Source: Candidatus Sericytochromatia bacterium (GTDB lineage Bacteria > Cyanobacteriota > Sericytochromatia > S15B-MN24 > VGJW01). Taken from it: 64,000 nucleotides of DNA. The notes beneath the pieces are model-generated. The model made no database searches, had not been told where the DNA came from, and worked only from the letters and a program-made list of their open reading frames with translations. The translations under genes and the position numbers were made by a program. Below are positions 20,246 through 29,860 of the stretch, piece after piece (the first letter of the stretch is position 1; each line of letters opens with the position of its first letter). Location of the stretch: assembly GCA_035286125.1 (NCBI GenBank), contig JAYKIS010000003.1:6264-70263 (forward strand). The letters run 5' to 3'.

Positions 20246-22849
20246 ATGGCTCGTGTGCAGCCATCCAGGTCCCCGTCCGTCCCAGGATTGACTTCGGACG
20301 AAGCAGGACGCCGCCTCTCGGTGGAAGGACCGAATGCCCTGCCCCCTCCCCCGGGCAGGCACATGCGGCACGCAGTGCGGACCTTGGCGGGCGAACCCAT
20401 GTTGTTGCTGCTCATGGGGACGACTGGCCTCTACGCCCTGCTCGGGGCTCGCGAGGACGCCCTGTCGATGGTCGTGGGAGTCTGCTTCGTGATTGGCTTG
20501 ACGCTGGCCCAACAATGGCGGACCCGGCGCGCACTCGAGGCCCTGAGGGCCCAGGCATCGCCGTGGGCTGTCGCCATCCGTGACGGCCAACCGCTTCGCC
20601 TGCCGGCCAGGGATCTGGTGGTCGGTGACTGGCTGATCGTCACGGCAGGTGAGCGGCTGCCTGCCGATGCCATCCTGCGTGAGGGGGACGATGTCCAGAC
20701 CGACGAGAGTCTGCTGACAGGGGAATCCCTGCCTGTGGCCAAAAGGTGCCTGGCAGGACCGCCGGGGGATGATGGTACGGCAGGGACCGAGGACGCGACA
20801 CTCTGGGCAGGCTCGCTTGTCCGGACGGGGCGTGGCCTTGCCGAAGTCCGACGAACGGGCGTCCGAAGTGGCCTCGGACGCCTCGGTGCCAGCCTGTCCG
20901 GCATCACGGAGACCGGAGAGGTTCAGGATGCGGCAACGCGCAGGATGGTGCACCAACTCTCCCTGATCGCGCTCGTGGCTTGTCTGCTGGCAACGGTCAC
21001 GCACGCCCTGCACGAGGGTGGCTCTGCCTCGGCGTGGCGGGATGGAGCCCTTGCCGGCATGGCGCTCGCCATCTCCCTGATTCCCAAGGAACTTCCCGTC
21101 GTCCTCACGGTATTCCTCGCGATGAGTGCCTGGCGCCTCACCCATCGTCGGGTCCTGACACGGCACCTCGCCAGCCTGCAGACCCTCGGCGCAACCTCGG
21201 TACTGTGTGTCGACAAGACCGGAACGTTGACATCGAATCGCATGACACTCGTCCACCCGGACCTCAGCGACGCGATCACGGCTACCGGTGGATCGGGTGG
21301 GACGTCCCGGCTGCATGCGCCACTCGAACTCGGATTACTTGCCTGTCCGGCCATGGTGGACGACCCGATGGACCGCGCCCTGCACGAAGCGTGGATGGCC
21401 CAAGGCCAGGGAGTCTGGCAGGTACCCGAGGGCTGGCTGGCTGGCCCCAGCCTCAAGCCCGGACCCGGCTGGACGGGTTTCGGCCAATCCTGGCTGGACG
21501 CCAGCGGGAGGACGGTGTTTCAGGCCATCAAGGGTGCTCCCGAACAGGTCCTGGACCTGTGCCACCTCTCGGACGCCGAGCGCAAAGCGTTCCTTCGGGC
21601 AATCGCGGCCCTGGCAGGGCGCGGGATGCGGGTGCTGGGCGTCGCCTGGGCCAGCCCGTCCCGAACAGCCATGGCATCCGGGCCGCAGACCTACATGTGG
21701 GGAGGGACGCTCGCCTTCGCCGATCCGATTCGTCCCGGCGTCAAGGAGGCCGTCGCCCGATGTCGGGAGGCCGGCATCCGCGTGGTCATGCTGACCGGTG
21801 ATCACGTGGCCACGGCGCGGGCCATCGCCGAGGAGGCGGGCCTCGACGCCTCGAGGCCCAGCATCGAAGGACCGGAACTGGATGCCCTCGATCCTGAAGA
21901 CTGGCCTCGGGCAGTTGCCGACACCTCGGTCTTTGCCAGGGTCCGCCCCGAACACAAGCTGCGCCTTGTCACGCTCCTCAAGGCCCGTGGCGAACGCGTC
22001 ACGATGACCGGTGACGGAGTGAACGATGCACCCGCTCTGCTGGCTGCCGATGTCGGCGTCGCCATGGGCAGGCGTGGGGCAGACGTGGCCCGGGAAACGG
22101 CCGACCTGATCCTGCTCGATGACGATTTTCCAGCTCTTGTCGAGGCCATCTCGGAGGGCAGGGAAGTCCGCCAAAAGCTTTCCCGGGCTGCGGCTTTCAT
22201 CGTTTCAGCCCATATCCCGATTGCAGGTCTCGCCCTGCTGCCGGCCGTGGCGCCTTCGCTTCCCCTGATCCTGCAGCCCATCCATCTGGTGCTGCTCGAG
22301 CTGATCATCGATCCCTCATGCACCCTCGTCATCGAGGCCGATCGCCCCTCGACCGAAGTCATGCGTCGTCCTCCCCATCTCTCGGACAGACCGTTGCTGG
22401 AGGCCGGTACCCTCCATCTCGCGCTGGCCAGAGGGTTGATGGGCGCGTCCGGATGCCTTGCGGCCACACTGTTGACCTGGGGGGCTACGGCGAGCGCGGA
22501 GCAGGCACGGACGGCAGGGTTCTCATGTCTCGGCGCGACACTTGTGATGATTCTGCTGGTCTCCCGGGAGACGGGCAAGCATCAGAAGAGGCCCAACGTC
22601 CCCCTCGTCGTGCTCATCGCCGCAATGGGCAGCGCGGCGCTGATCTTTGCCATGACCCCTGGGCTGCGCAAGGCGTTGCATCTCGGAAACCTGAACCCGG
22701 ATCTGGGCCTGCCCGTTGGCCTTTGCATCACCATGACCCTTGGCCTGCTCGGACTGAGCAGGGTGTTCGAAGCCCGCGAGCTTGCCCAAAATGCCGACCG
22801 GGGGAAGCACGGCGCTTCCCCCGGCCAACCAGGCAGGATCAGGCGGTGA
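20246..22849 (+). CDS. Cation-transporting P-type ATPase (P2-type, Ca2+/Mg2+-like)
   Basis: DKTGTLT phosphorylation motif, MLTGDH, GDGVNDAPAL, TGES. N-terminal GLTSDEA...GPNAL segment. Confidence 0.9.
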   Translation: MARVQPSRSPSVPGLTSDEAGRRLSVEGPNALPPPPGRHMRHAVRTLAGEPMLLLLMGTTGLYALLGAREDALSMVVGVCFVIGLTLAQQWRTRRALEALRAQASPWAVAIRDGQPLRLPARDLVVGDWLIVTAGERLPADAILREGDDVQTDESLLTGESLPVAKRCLAGPPGDDGTAGTEDATLWAGSLVRTGRGLAEVRRTGVRSGLGRLGASLSGITETGEVQDAATRRMVHQLSLIALVACLLATVTHALHEGGSASAWRDGALAGMALAISLIPKELPVVLTVFLAMSAWRLTHRRVLTRHLASLQTLGATSVLCVDKTGTLTSNRMTLVHPDLSDAITATGGSGGTSRLHAPLELGLLACPAMVDDPMDRALHEAWMAQGQGVWQVPEGWLAGPSLKPGPGWTGFGQSWLDASGRTVFQAIKGAPEQVLDLCHLSDAERKAFLRAIAALAGRGMRVLGVAWASPSRTAMASGPQTYMWGGTLAFADPIRPGVKEAVARCREAGIRVVMLTGDHVATARAIAEEAGLDASRPSIEGPELDALDPEDWPRAVADTSVFARVRPEHKLRLVTLLKARGERVTMTGDGVNDAPALLAADVGVAMGRRGADVARETADLILLDDDFPALVEAISEGREVRQKLSRAAAFIVSAHIPIAGLALLPAVAPSLPLILQPIHLVLLELIIDPSCTLVIEADRPSTEVMRRPPHLSDRPLLEAGTLHLALARGLMGASGCLAATLLTWGATASAEQARTAGFSCLGATLVMILLVSRETGKHQKRPNVPLVVLIAAMGSAALIFAMTPGLRKALHLGNLNPDLGLPVGLCITMTLGLLGLSRVFEARELAQNADRGKHGASPGQPGRIRR

Positions 22850-23441
22850 CGGCGCCGAAGTGCTTCGTCGCGGCAGCGCGCACGTCGTCCAGATAGCCCT
22901 TGCGGGTGGCATCGTCGACCGACGGCACGCTGCCGAAGTACAGGTGCTGAACGACTTCCATGCCGCAGAAGGCGTAGATGCCGGCGTCCTGAGTCTGCGT
23001 CATCGAGCCGTGCATGCCGATCGATGCGTAATAGTCCGATGGATTGCCGTGATTGCTGACCAACAGGACCTTCTTGCCACTCAAGAGACCTTCGACACCA
23101 TTGGGACCGTAGCGATACGCAAAGCCGGGGAGAAGAACCCGGTCAATGTAGCCCTTGAGGACAGCCGGCAGGCCCGCCCACCACACGGGCGCAACGACGG
23201 TCACGGCGTCGGCCCATGTGAGATGGGCCTGCTCCGCCGCGATGTCCTCCGGCAGGCTGCCGGCCTTCATGGCAGCGAAGTCGCTGCCCTTGAGGACAGG
23301 CTCGAAATCCATGGCGTAGAGGTCACGAACGACCACCTCGGAGCCCTGCGCCTTGTAGGTTTCGACCAGGACATCCTTCATGGCATTCGAGAGACTGGCG
23401 GGGTTGGGATGTGCGTAGATGACGAGGTGCTTCACGTCCAT
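22839..23441 (-). CDS. NAD(P)H:quinone oxidoreductase (flavodoxin-like fold)
   Basis: MDVKHLVIYAHPNP... family signature. Internal ATG 23441. Convergent 11-nt overlap with the ATPase gene. Confidence 0.75.
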   Translation of the reverse strand: MDVKHLVIYAHPNPASLSNAMKDVLVETYKAQGSEVVVRDLYAMDFEPVLKGSDFAAMKAGSLPEDIAAEQAHLTWADAVTVVAPVWWAGLPAVLKGYIDRVLLPGFAYRYGPNGVEGLLSGKKVLLVSNHGNPSDYYASIGMHGSMTQTQDAGIYAFCGMEVVQHLYFGSVPSVDDATRKGYLDDVRAAATKHFGAVTA

Positions 23442-23528
23442 GCTCCGTTCGGTGTTAGCAAGCTGACAGCAGGTCAAGGTACGGCATCCCGGCCTCGCTT
23501 GTCCACTCGCAACCCGACGCTGGCACCC

Positions 23529-24383
23529 TCAGGAGAGCCGGTACAGGCGCTCCGTGTTTCTCGCCGCCGCCAGGCCCAGCTCCCGCATGGGCATGCCACG
23601 GACCTCCGCCAGGACCTCCAGCACCCGCACGACCCACGCCGGTTCATTTCGCTTCCCGCGGTAGGGCGGCGGCGCCAGGAAGGGCGCGTCCGTCTCGACG
23701 AGGATGCGGTCCAGGGGGACCCACGCCGCAACTTCGCGCAGATCGGCAGCCTTGGGGAAGGTCGCGATGCCGCTGAACGAGATATGAAGGCCTCGAGCAA
23801 CAGCAGCCTGGGCCATGGCGAGCGTGCCCGTAAAGCAGTGAAGCACGCCGCCACGGGGGGGGACGCCTGCTTCATCGAGAATCCTGAGTGTATCCTCCTC
23901 GGCCAGGCGGGTGTGGATGACGACTGGCTTGTCCAGCCGAGCGGCCAGTCGCAACTGCGCGGCGAAGGCCGCTTGCTGGAGATCGCGAGGACTATGGTCA
24001 TAGTGGTAGTCAAGGCCGCATTCGCCCACGGCCACAGCCTTGGGGTGGGCAAGCGCGCGCACCAGGAGGGCCTCGACATCCGGGCCCCAATCCCGCGCCT
24101 CATGAGGATGCAGGCCGAAGGCCGACCATAGAACCGGAACACGGTCGAGCAGGTGCAGCAGGCCCGGCACCTCTTCCGGCCGGCAGCTTGCGGCAATCAT
24201 CCGACCGACGCCCGCGGCCCGGGCCCGTGCGACAAGGTCGTCAATCTCGGATGCACGGGCGGCGCCATCAGGCGCGGTACCGCCCACCTCCCCCCTGCCC
24301 CAATCCGGCAACATGTCGAGATGGCAATGACTATCGATCCAGGGCGCTTCGCCGTCCGCCAGGACGGCATCCTCGCTGCTCAA
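23529..24383 (-). CDS. tatD: TatD family metal-dependent DNase/hydrolase
   Basis: IDSHCHLD metal-binding start motif. TTG start. 4-nt overlap with metG. Confidence 0.85.
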   Translation of the reverse strand: MSSEDAVLADGEAPWIDSHCHLDMLPDWGRGEVGGTAPDGAARASEIDDLVARARAAGVGRMIAASCRPEEVPGLLHLLDRVPVLWSAFGLHPHEARDWGPDVEALLVRALAHPKAVAVGECGLDYHYDHSPRDLQQAAFAAQLRLAARLDKPVVIHTRLAEEDTLRILDEAGVPPRGGVLHCFTGTLAMAQAAVARGLHISFSGIATFPKAADLREVAAWVPLDRILVETDAPFLAPPPYRGKRNEPAWVVRVLEVLAEVRGMPMRELGLAAARNTERLYRLS

Positions 24384-25945
24384 GCCTTGGCTCCCTTTGC
24401 GGCCGCCACCCCGATGCGCGGGTAGACGGGCCCCGTGCGGACCAAGGCAAAAGTCCGACCGGGCGTACCGTCAAACACTGTATCTTCCCATCGAGCCGAG
24501 GCCAGATCCTGACCCGGCCCAAGCTGCTCCCACAGTTTAAGGGCCAGCCCGGGGATGGCCGGCGAGGCCATGATGGCCGCGACACGCAAGCTCTCGAAGA
24601 CGCCCCAGAGCACTTGTTGCAGGAGTGCCAGGTCGCCGGCCTTGGCCAACGCCCAAGGGGCCATCCTGTCGATGAAAAGGTTGGTCTCGTCGAGCAAGCC
24701 CCAGACCGCGCCAAGCGCTTCATGCAGGGCAAATCGCTCCATCGCCTCACGATGGGCGTCACGCGCTGATGCGGCAGCCCCCGCCAGCGCCGTGACCTCG
24801 GCAGCCAGTTCCTCTGGCCGTGCGACACGCATCTCGAAATGACGCTCGGCGAACGTCAGCATCCTGTGCAAGGCGTTGCCGAAATTGTTGGCAAGGTCCG
24901 CATTGACGCGATTCTCGAAGGCCTCCTGAGTGAACTCCCCATCCTTGCCGAAGACGATCTCGCGGAGCAGGTAGTAACGCAGGGCATCAGGACCGTATTC
25001 CCGAGCCATGGTGACCGGATCAACGACGACACCTGTCGACTTGGACATCTTTTCCTGGCCGACCAACACCCAGCCGTGGGCGTAGACCTTGCGGGGCAAG
25101 GGCAGGTCGAGGGCCAGCAGCAGGGCGGGCCAGATGATGGCGTGGAACTTGGTGATGTCCTTGCCGACAAGGTGCAGGTCCGCAGGCCACCAGCGCTTGA
25201 ACAAGTTCTCGTCGCGCATGTAGCCGATGCCTGACAGGTAGTTGGAGAGCGCGTCAATCCAGACATAGACGACATGGTCGGGGTCTTCCGCGACAGGCAC
25301 GCCCCACTTCAGGCTCTGCCGCGAGACGGAGACATCGGGAAACCCCTCGAGCAGGTTCAGCGTCTCGCGACAGCGCCAATCGGGCTCCAGCGGCCGCGCG
25401 TCACTCTCCAACCAGGCCCGGACGCGATCCTTGTAGCGGGACACGAGGAAGACATAATTCTCCTCGCTCTGCCAATCCGTGGGCGCGCCGTGTACCGGAC
25501 ATTGGCGATCCTCAGCCATGTCCCGTTCCAGCTTGAACTCCTCGCAGGAGCGGCAATACCAACCCTCGTAGCGGGCCTTGGCAATGTCCCCCTGTTGCAG
25601 CAAGCGCGAGAAGATGCGCTGGACCATGGCCTCGTGATCCGCATCCGTGGTGCGGATGAACCGATCCGGAGCGATACCGAGCAGTTCCCAGGCTTCCTTG
25701 AATTGGGCGGCCTTCTCGTCGCACCACGCGGCCGGGGAGACCCCAGCCTCGCGGGCGACCTTCTCGATCTTGGCCCCGTGCTCATCCGTGCCCGTCAGGT
25801 AGAACACGTCCTCAGGACCCAGCAGCAAACGCTGGTGGCGAGCAATCATGTCGGCGGCAATCTTCTCGTAGGCATGGCCGAGATGAGGCCGTCCGTTGAC
25901 GTAGTCGATGGCGGTGGTGACGTAGTAGGACACGGTGTACTCCAA
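24380..25945 (-). CDS. metG: Methionyl-tRNA synthetase
   Basis: HLGHAY (HIGH-type) and KMSKS motifs. TTG start. Confidence 0.95.
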   Translation of the reverse strand: MEYTVSYYVTTAIDYVNGRPHLGHAYEKIAADMIARHQRLLLGPEDVFYLTGTDEHGAKIEKVAREAGVSPAAWCDEKAAQFKEAWELLGIAPDRFIRTTDADHEAMVQRIFSRLLQQGDIAKARYEGWYCRSCEEFKLERDMAEDRQCPVHGAPTDWQSEENYVFLVSRYKDRVRAWLESDARPLEPDWRCRETLNLLEGFPDVSVSRQSLKWGVPVAEDPDHVVYVWIDALSNYLSGIGYMRDENLFKRWWPADLHLVGKDITKFHAIIWPALLLALDLPLPRKVYAHGWVLVGQEKMSKSTGVVVDPVTMAREYGPDALRYYLLREIVFGKDGEFTQEAFENRVNADLANNFGNALHRMLTFAERHFEMRVARPEELAAEVTALAGAAASARDAHREAMERFALHEALGAVWGLLDETNLFIDRMAPWALAKAGDLALLQQVLWGVFESLRVAAIMASPAIPGLALKLWEQLGPGQDLASARWEDTVFDGTPGRTFALVRTGPVYPRIGVAAAKGAKA

Positions 25946-25990
25946 AGGGCCTTACCAAGGGCCATGACCCATGCTATCCTGTGACCCTGC

Positions 25991-26063
25991 GGCGCGGTAG
26001 CTCAGTTGGTAGAGCACTAGACTGAAAATCTGGGTGTCGGCGGTTCGATTCCGCCCTGCGCCA
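25991..26063 (+). tRNA. tRNA-Phe (anticodon GAA)
   Basis: Close match to canonical tRNA-Phe (TAGCTCAGTTGGTAGAGC, anticodon loop CTGAAAA, GGTTCGATTCC). Discriminator A, no CCA. Confidence 0.9.
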
Positions 26064-26067
26064 CTTC

Positions 26068-26103
26068 AAGGCCCCGTCTTCCTCCGGAAGGCGGGGCCTT
26101 TTG
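26068..26103 (+). terminator. Rho-independent terminator after tRNA-Phe
   Basis: AAGGCCCCG...CGGGGCCTT hairpin followed by TTTT. Confidence 0.7.
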
Positions 26104-26217
26104 CCTGTTCTTGTCCATAGATGATCTTTTGATCACGCGGGATGAAATGTTGCGCATGGACCGCAAGTTCTCTTGACAAGACCTTCGGTCGGGGGACCGT
26201 CTTCCAAGGAGAACAAG

Positions 26218-26622
26218 ATGATTGCCGAGATGATGTTGGCCCAAAGGCTCATGCGCGGTGGACACGGGGAACTCGATGTCGAGGAGGACAAGGGCTTCGG
26301 GGAGGCCGGCCTGATGGCGGCCATGCTCGGTCTCGAACGGCAACAGTCGATGCAGCGGGCTCTGGACGGCATCGGCCAGCTCCTGAAGGAACAGACCGAC
26401 CTCCTCAGGGGCATGAGGGACCGCAACCAGATGGGGCCGGGGGGCGGACTATCGTCCGAGATGGCTCTCGAAGCCTTCAAGACGCTTGACCAGGACAAGG
26501 ACGGCAACGTGACGCGCACGGAACTCGATCGCCACCTTGGCCTGGCTGGGCAGGCACCCGGACTGCCCCAGACGCCGGGTTCAGGCAGCCTGCCTGCGGG
26601 AGGCCTTGCCCCGGTCCGATGA
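26218..26622 (+). CDS. Small EF-hand calcium-binding protein
   Basis: Canonical EF loop DQDKDGNVTRTE. AAGGAG 6 nt upstream of ATG 26218. Confidence 0.55.
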   Translation: MIAEMMLAQRLMRGGHGELDVEEDKGFGEAGLMAAMLGLERQQSMQRALDGIGQLLKEQTDLLRGMRDRNQMGPGGGLSSEMALEAFKTLDQDKDGNVTRTELDRHLGLAGQAPGLPQTPGSGSLPAGGLAPVR

Positions 26623-26656
26623 CGCCAGGGCGCCAGGACGTCGCTTGCGCCGCGGT

Positions 26657-26694
26657 CCCGGTCCGGATGCCGGCCAGTCCCCATCCGGACCGGG
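26657..26694. terminator. 13-bp perfect inverted repeat between the convergent EF-hand and queE genes (possible bidirectional terminator)
   Basis: CCCGGTCCGGATG...CATCCGGACCGGG. No U-tract. Confidence 0.3.
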
Positions 26695-26739
26695 GTGCGC
26701 AGACCCTGTCGCCTCCGGAACCGACAAGCCGAGACAGCT

Positions 26740-27390
26740 TCAGCGCAACCCCACAAGCTTGTGGGTCTGCAGGGACAAGCGCCATTCCGGATGCAGCATG
26801 CAGTAGGCGATCGCCGCTTCGGTTGCACCTGCCTGGTCCGGGCCGTCCATGGGCTGCAGGAAGAAGTGATCGAACGCCAGGCCCGTGAAACGGTCCGGAG
26901 GAGCATCCGCCTGGGGATAGATCAGCTTGAGTTCGTTGCCACAAGTCTGAACCAGCGGCGCATCAGCCTTGGGACTGACGCAGACCCAGTCGAGTCCTTC
27001 CGGCACGGTCCGGGTACCGTTGGTCTCGATGGCGACCCGGAATCCCGCCTGCTGCAGGGCGCTGACGAGGCCGGAATCGAGTTGCAACGTCGGTTCACCA
27101 CCCGTGCAGACGACCCAACGGCGGGTCCCTGAAGCACCTGTAGCGGTCCAGGCATCCTCGACCGCACGGACCAGGGCCTGCTCATCGTAGGTGCCACCGC
27201 CTTGGCCGTTCGTGCCTACGAAGTCGGTGTCGCAGAAGACGCACGTGGCTACCTGCCGATCCGACTCCCTGCCCGTCCAGAGGTTGCAGCCCGCAAACCT
27301 GAGGAAAACAGCCATCTGGCCAGCCTGGGCACCCTCACCCTGAAGCGTGGGGTAAATCTCCTTGACGGCATATCGACGGGGCTCGCTCAT
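26740..27390 (-). CDS. queE: 7-carboxy-7-deazaguanine synthase (radical SAM)
   Basis: KEIYPTLQGEG...FLRFAGCNLWTG...CVFCDT signature. Confidence 0.9.
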   Translation of the reverse strand: MSEPRRYAVKEIYPTLQGEGAQAGQMAVFLRFAGCNLWTGRESDRQVATCVFCDTDFVGTNGQGGGTYDEQALVRAVEDAWTATGASGTRRWVVCTGGEPTLQLDSGLVSALQQAGFRVAIETNGTRTVPEGLDWVCVSPKADAPLVQTCGNELKLIYPQADAPPDRFTGLAFDHFFLQPMDGPDQAGATEAAIAYCMLHPEWRLSLQTHKLVGLR

Positions 27391-27439
27391 CCCGCCATGG
27401 TAAGCACCGGGAGCCGGGGCGACCAGCCCGGGATCGCGA

Positions 27440-28699
27440 CTACTTGCCCACCTGGCCGATGATGGAGAAGACCGGCAGGTACATCGCCACGACGATGGAC
27501 CCGACGAGAATGCCGATCGAGCCCATCATGATGGGCTCGAGCAGGCTCGTCAGCGACTTGATGGAGGCCTCGACCTCGCTGTCGAAGAAGTCCGCGACCT
27601 TCTCCAGCATGGAGTCGATCTGCCCGGTCTCCTCTCCAACCGAGACCATCTGCGTGACCATGGGCGGAAAGATATCGGCCTTCTCCAAGGGTCTGGAGAT
27701 ACCTTCACCTTCACGGACGGCTTGGCGAATGTCCTCCATGGCCCCGGAGATAACGGTATTGCCCGCCGAGTCACGGACAATCTCGAGTGCAGACAACAGG
27801 GGCACACCGGAGCGCAACAACGTTCCGAGCGTCCGGGTGAAGCGTGCAACCGCCACCTTCTGGACGAGGGCGCCAATCACGGGCAACTGCAGCATGTACT
27901 TGTCGATCAGGTGCCGCCCCTGATCGGTTGCGGCGAACCGCTTGTAGAGGAAGACAAGGATGGCGATGGTACAGACCACGCTCAGACCGGCCGGCCCTCG
28001 GGCATTCTCGGACAGGTCGATCATGAACTGGGTGTAGGCCGGCAGCTTGGCATTCATCTGCGCGAACATGTTCGAGAAGACCGGCAGGATGAAGAGCAGC
28101 ATGCCGATGAAGATCGACACCGCCATGATGGCGACGGCAATCGGATAGGTCATGGCTGACTTCACCTGGCGGCGAAGCTTGGCGGACGCCTCATTGAAGC
28201 TCGCGATGCGCTGGAGGACCTCGTCCAGCACACCACCCGCTTCACCGGCACGAACCATGCCAACGAAGAGATTGTCGAAGACCTCAGGGTGCTTGGCCAT
28301 CGCATCCGAGAGGGCCGTGCCTGCCTCGACACGCATTCGGATATCGTTGGCCACCTCGGAAAGGCTTGGATTGGACGTCTGTTCGGCCATGATGGACAGG
28401 GCACGGACCAAGGCCACCCCGGAGTTGATCATGGTCGCCAACTGCCGCGTGAAGATCGAGAGGTCCTCGAGCTTGACCTTGGGCTTCAGGAAGCTGAAGT
28501 TGCGCAAGCGCTCGCTCAAGCTGGGACCGAGGTCGGCCGCCTCTTCCCCCGTCCCGTCCTTGGCAACCCGAAGCGGCGTGACGATGATGTAGCCCATCTC
28601 GCGCAGCTTGTCCCGGACCTCTTCTGGAGAGTTGCCCGGCATGACCTTGATGAAGGACTTGCCGCTGTGGTCCCGGACCTTGCAGCTGTACTGGGGCAT
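27440..28699 (-). CDS. pilC: Type IV pilus assembly platform protein PilC (GspF family)
   Basis: Two GspF repeats, 3 TM helices, start at internal ATG 28699 (MPQYSCKVRDHSGKSFIKV). Confidence 0.9.
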   Translation of the reverse strand: MPQYSCKVRDHSGKSFIKVMPGNSPEEVRDKLREMGYIIVTPLRVAKDGTGEEAADLGPSLSERLRNFSFLKPKVKLEDLSIFTRQLATMINSGVALVRALSIMAEQTSNPSLSEVANDIRMRVEAGTALSDAMAKHPEVFDNLFVGMVRAGEAGGVLDEVLQRIASFNEASAKLRRQVKSAMTYPIAVAIMAVSIFIGMLLFILPVFSNMFAQMNAKLPAYTQFMIDLSENARGPAGLSVVCTIAILVFLYKRFAATDQGRHLIDKYMLQLPVIGALVQKVAVARFTRTLGTLLRSGVPLLSALEIVRDSAGNTVISGAMEDIRQAVREGEGISRPLEKADIFPPMVTQMVSVGEETGQIDSMLEKVADFFDSEVEASIKSLTSLLEPIMMGSIGILVGSIVVAMYLPVFSIIGQVGK

Positions 28700-28709
28700 C
28701 GTAACGCTC

Positions 28710-29816
28710 CTAGTGCGCCATCGACTGGGCCATGGACCCTGCCGGTGCCGCACCAATCATGCGGATCAGGTCATCCGGGCGCGACGTCTTGGAAATGGCG
28801 TCCTCATAGGCAATCTGCTTGTTGAGGTAGAGGTCGCGCAGCGCGTTCTCGAGCGTCTGCATGCCGTGCTTCTGCCCCGTCTGGATCGACGAGTAGATCT
28901 GGGCCGTCTTGCCTTCGCGAATCAGATTGGCGATGGCGGGCGTATTGATCATGATCTCGAGGGCCATGCATCGACCCTTGCCGGCCTTTCCGGGCTCACC
29001 CATCTTGGGCACCAGGGTCTGCGAAAGCACGGCGACCAGCGAGTTGGAAATCTGCACGCGAATCTGCTGTTGCTGGTGGGGCGGGAAGACGTCGACGATA
29101 CGGTCGACCGTCTGCATCGCCGAGCTGGTGTGCAGCGTACCGAAGACGAGGTGGCCGGTCTCCGCAGCCGACATGGCGAGGCGGATGGTCTCCAGGTCGC
29201 GCATCTCACCGACCAGGATGACGTCGGGATCCTCGCGCAGCGCCGCCCTCAGGGCGTTGTCGAAGCTTCGCGTGTCGGCACCCAGCTCACGCTGGTTGAC
29301 GAGGCTCATCTTGGGCGTATGGACGAACTCGATGGGGTCCTCAATCGTCAGGATGTGCTCGGCCCGCGTTGCATTGATGTTGTCGATCATAGCGGCGAGG
29401 GTCGTCGACTTGCCGGAACCCGTCGGACCCGTGACCAGGATGACACCGCGAGGCTTGTGGGTCAGCTCGCGGATAAGCGGGGGCAAGCCCAGGTCCTCGA
29501 AGCGAGGGACCTTAGACTTGATGGTACGCAGGACTGCGGCGAAGGCACCCTTGGACCGGAACGCGTTGACGCGGAACCGGCCCAGGCCCACGACACCGTA
29601 GGAGCAGTCCAGCTCCAGGGTCTGCTCGAGGGTCTTGCGCTGGTCGTTCGAAAGAATCGAGAAGATCAGGCGCTGCGTGTCCTCAGGGGACAACGGCTCA
29701 TAGTCGGTGCGCACCAGCTTGCCGTTGATGCGGATGATCGGGGGGACGCCGGAAGAGATATGCAGGTCCGATCCATCCCGGTCGAAGGTCAGCTGCAGCA
29801 GTTCTTCCATGTACAT
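28710..29816 (-). CDS. pilT: Twitching motility ATPase PilT
   Basis: Walker A GPTGSGKST, AIRE/GMQTxxxxLxxL-type motifs, size 368 aa. Confidence 0.9.
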   Translation of the reverse strand: MYMEELLQLTFDRDGSDLHISSGVPPIIRINGKLVRTDYEPLSPEDTQRLIFSILSNDQRKTLEQTLELDCSYGVVGLGRFRVNAFRSKGAFAAVLRTIKSKVPRFEDLGLPPLIRELTHKPRGVILVTGPTGSGKSTTLAAMIDNINATRAEHILTIEDPIEFVHTPKMSLVNQRELGADTRSFDNALRAALREDPDVILVGEMRDLETIRLAMSAAETGHLVFGTLHTSSAMQTVDRIVDVFPPHQQQQIRVQISNSLVAVLSQTLVPKMGEPGKAGKGRCMALEIMINTPAIANLIREGKTAQIYSSIQTGQKHGMQTLENALRDLYLNKQIAYEDAISKTSRPDDLIRMIGAAPAGSMAQSMAH

Positions 29817-29860
29817 GGCGGAGGTCCTCCCAGGGGTGGCGTCGGTTCAGCGATTGTCAG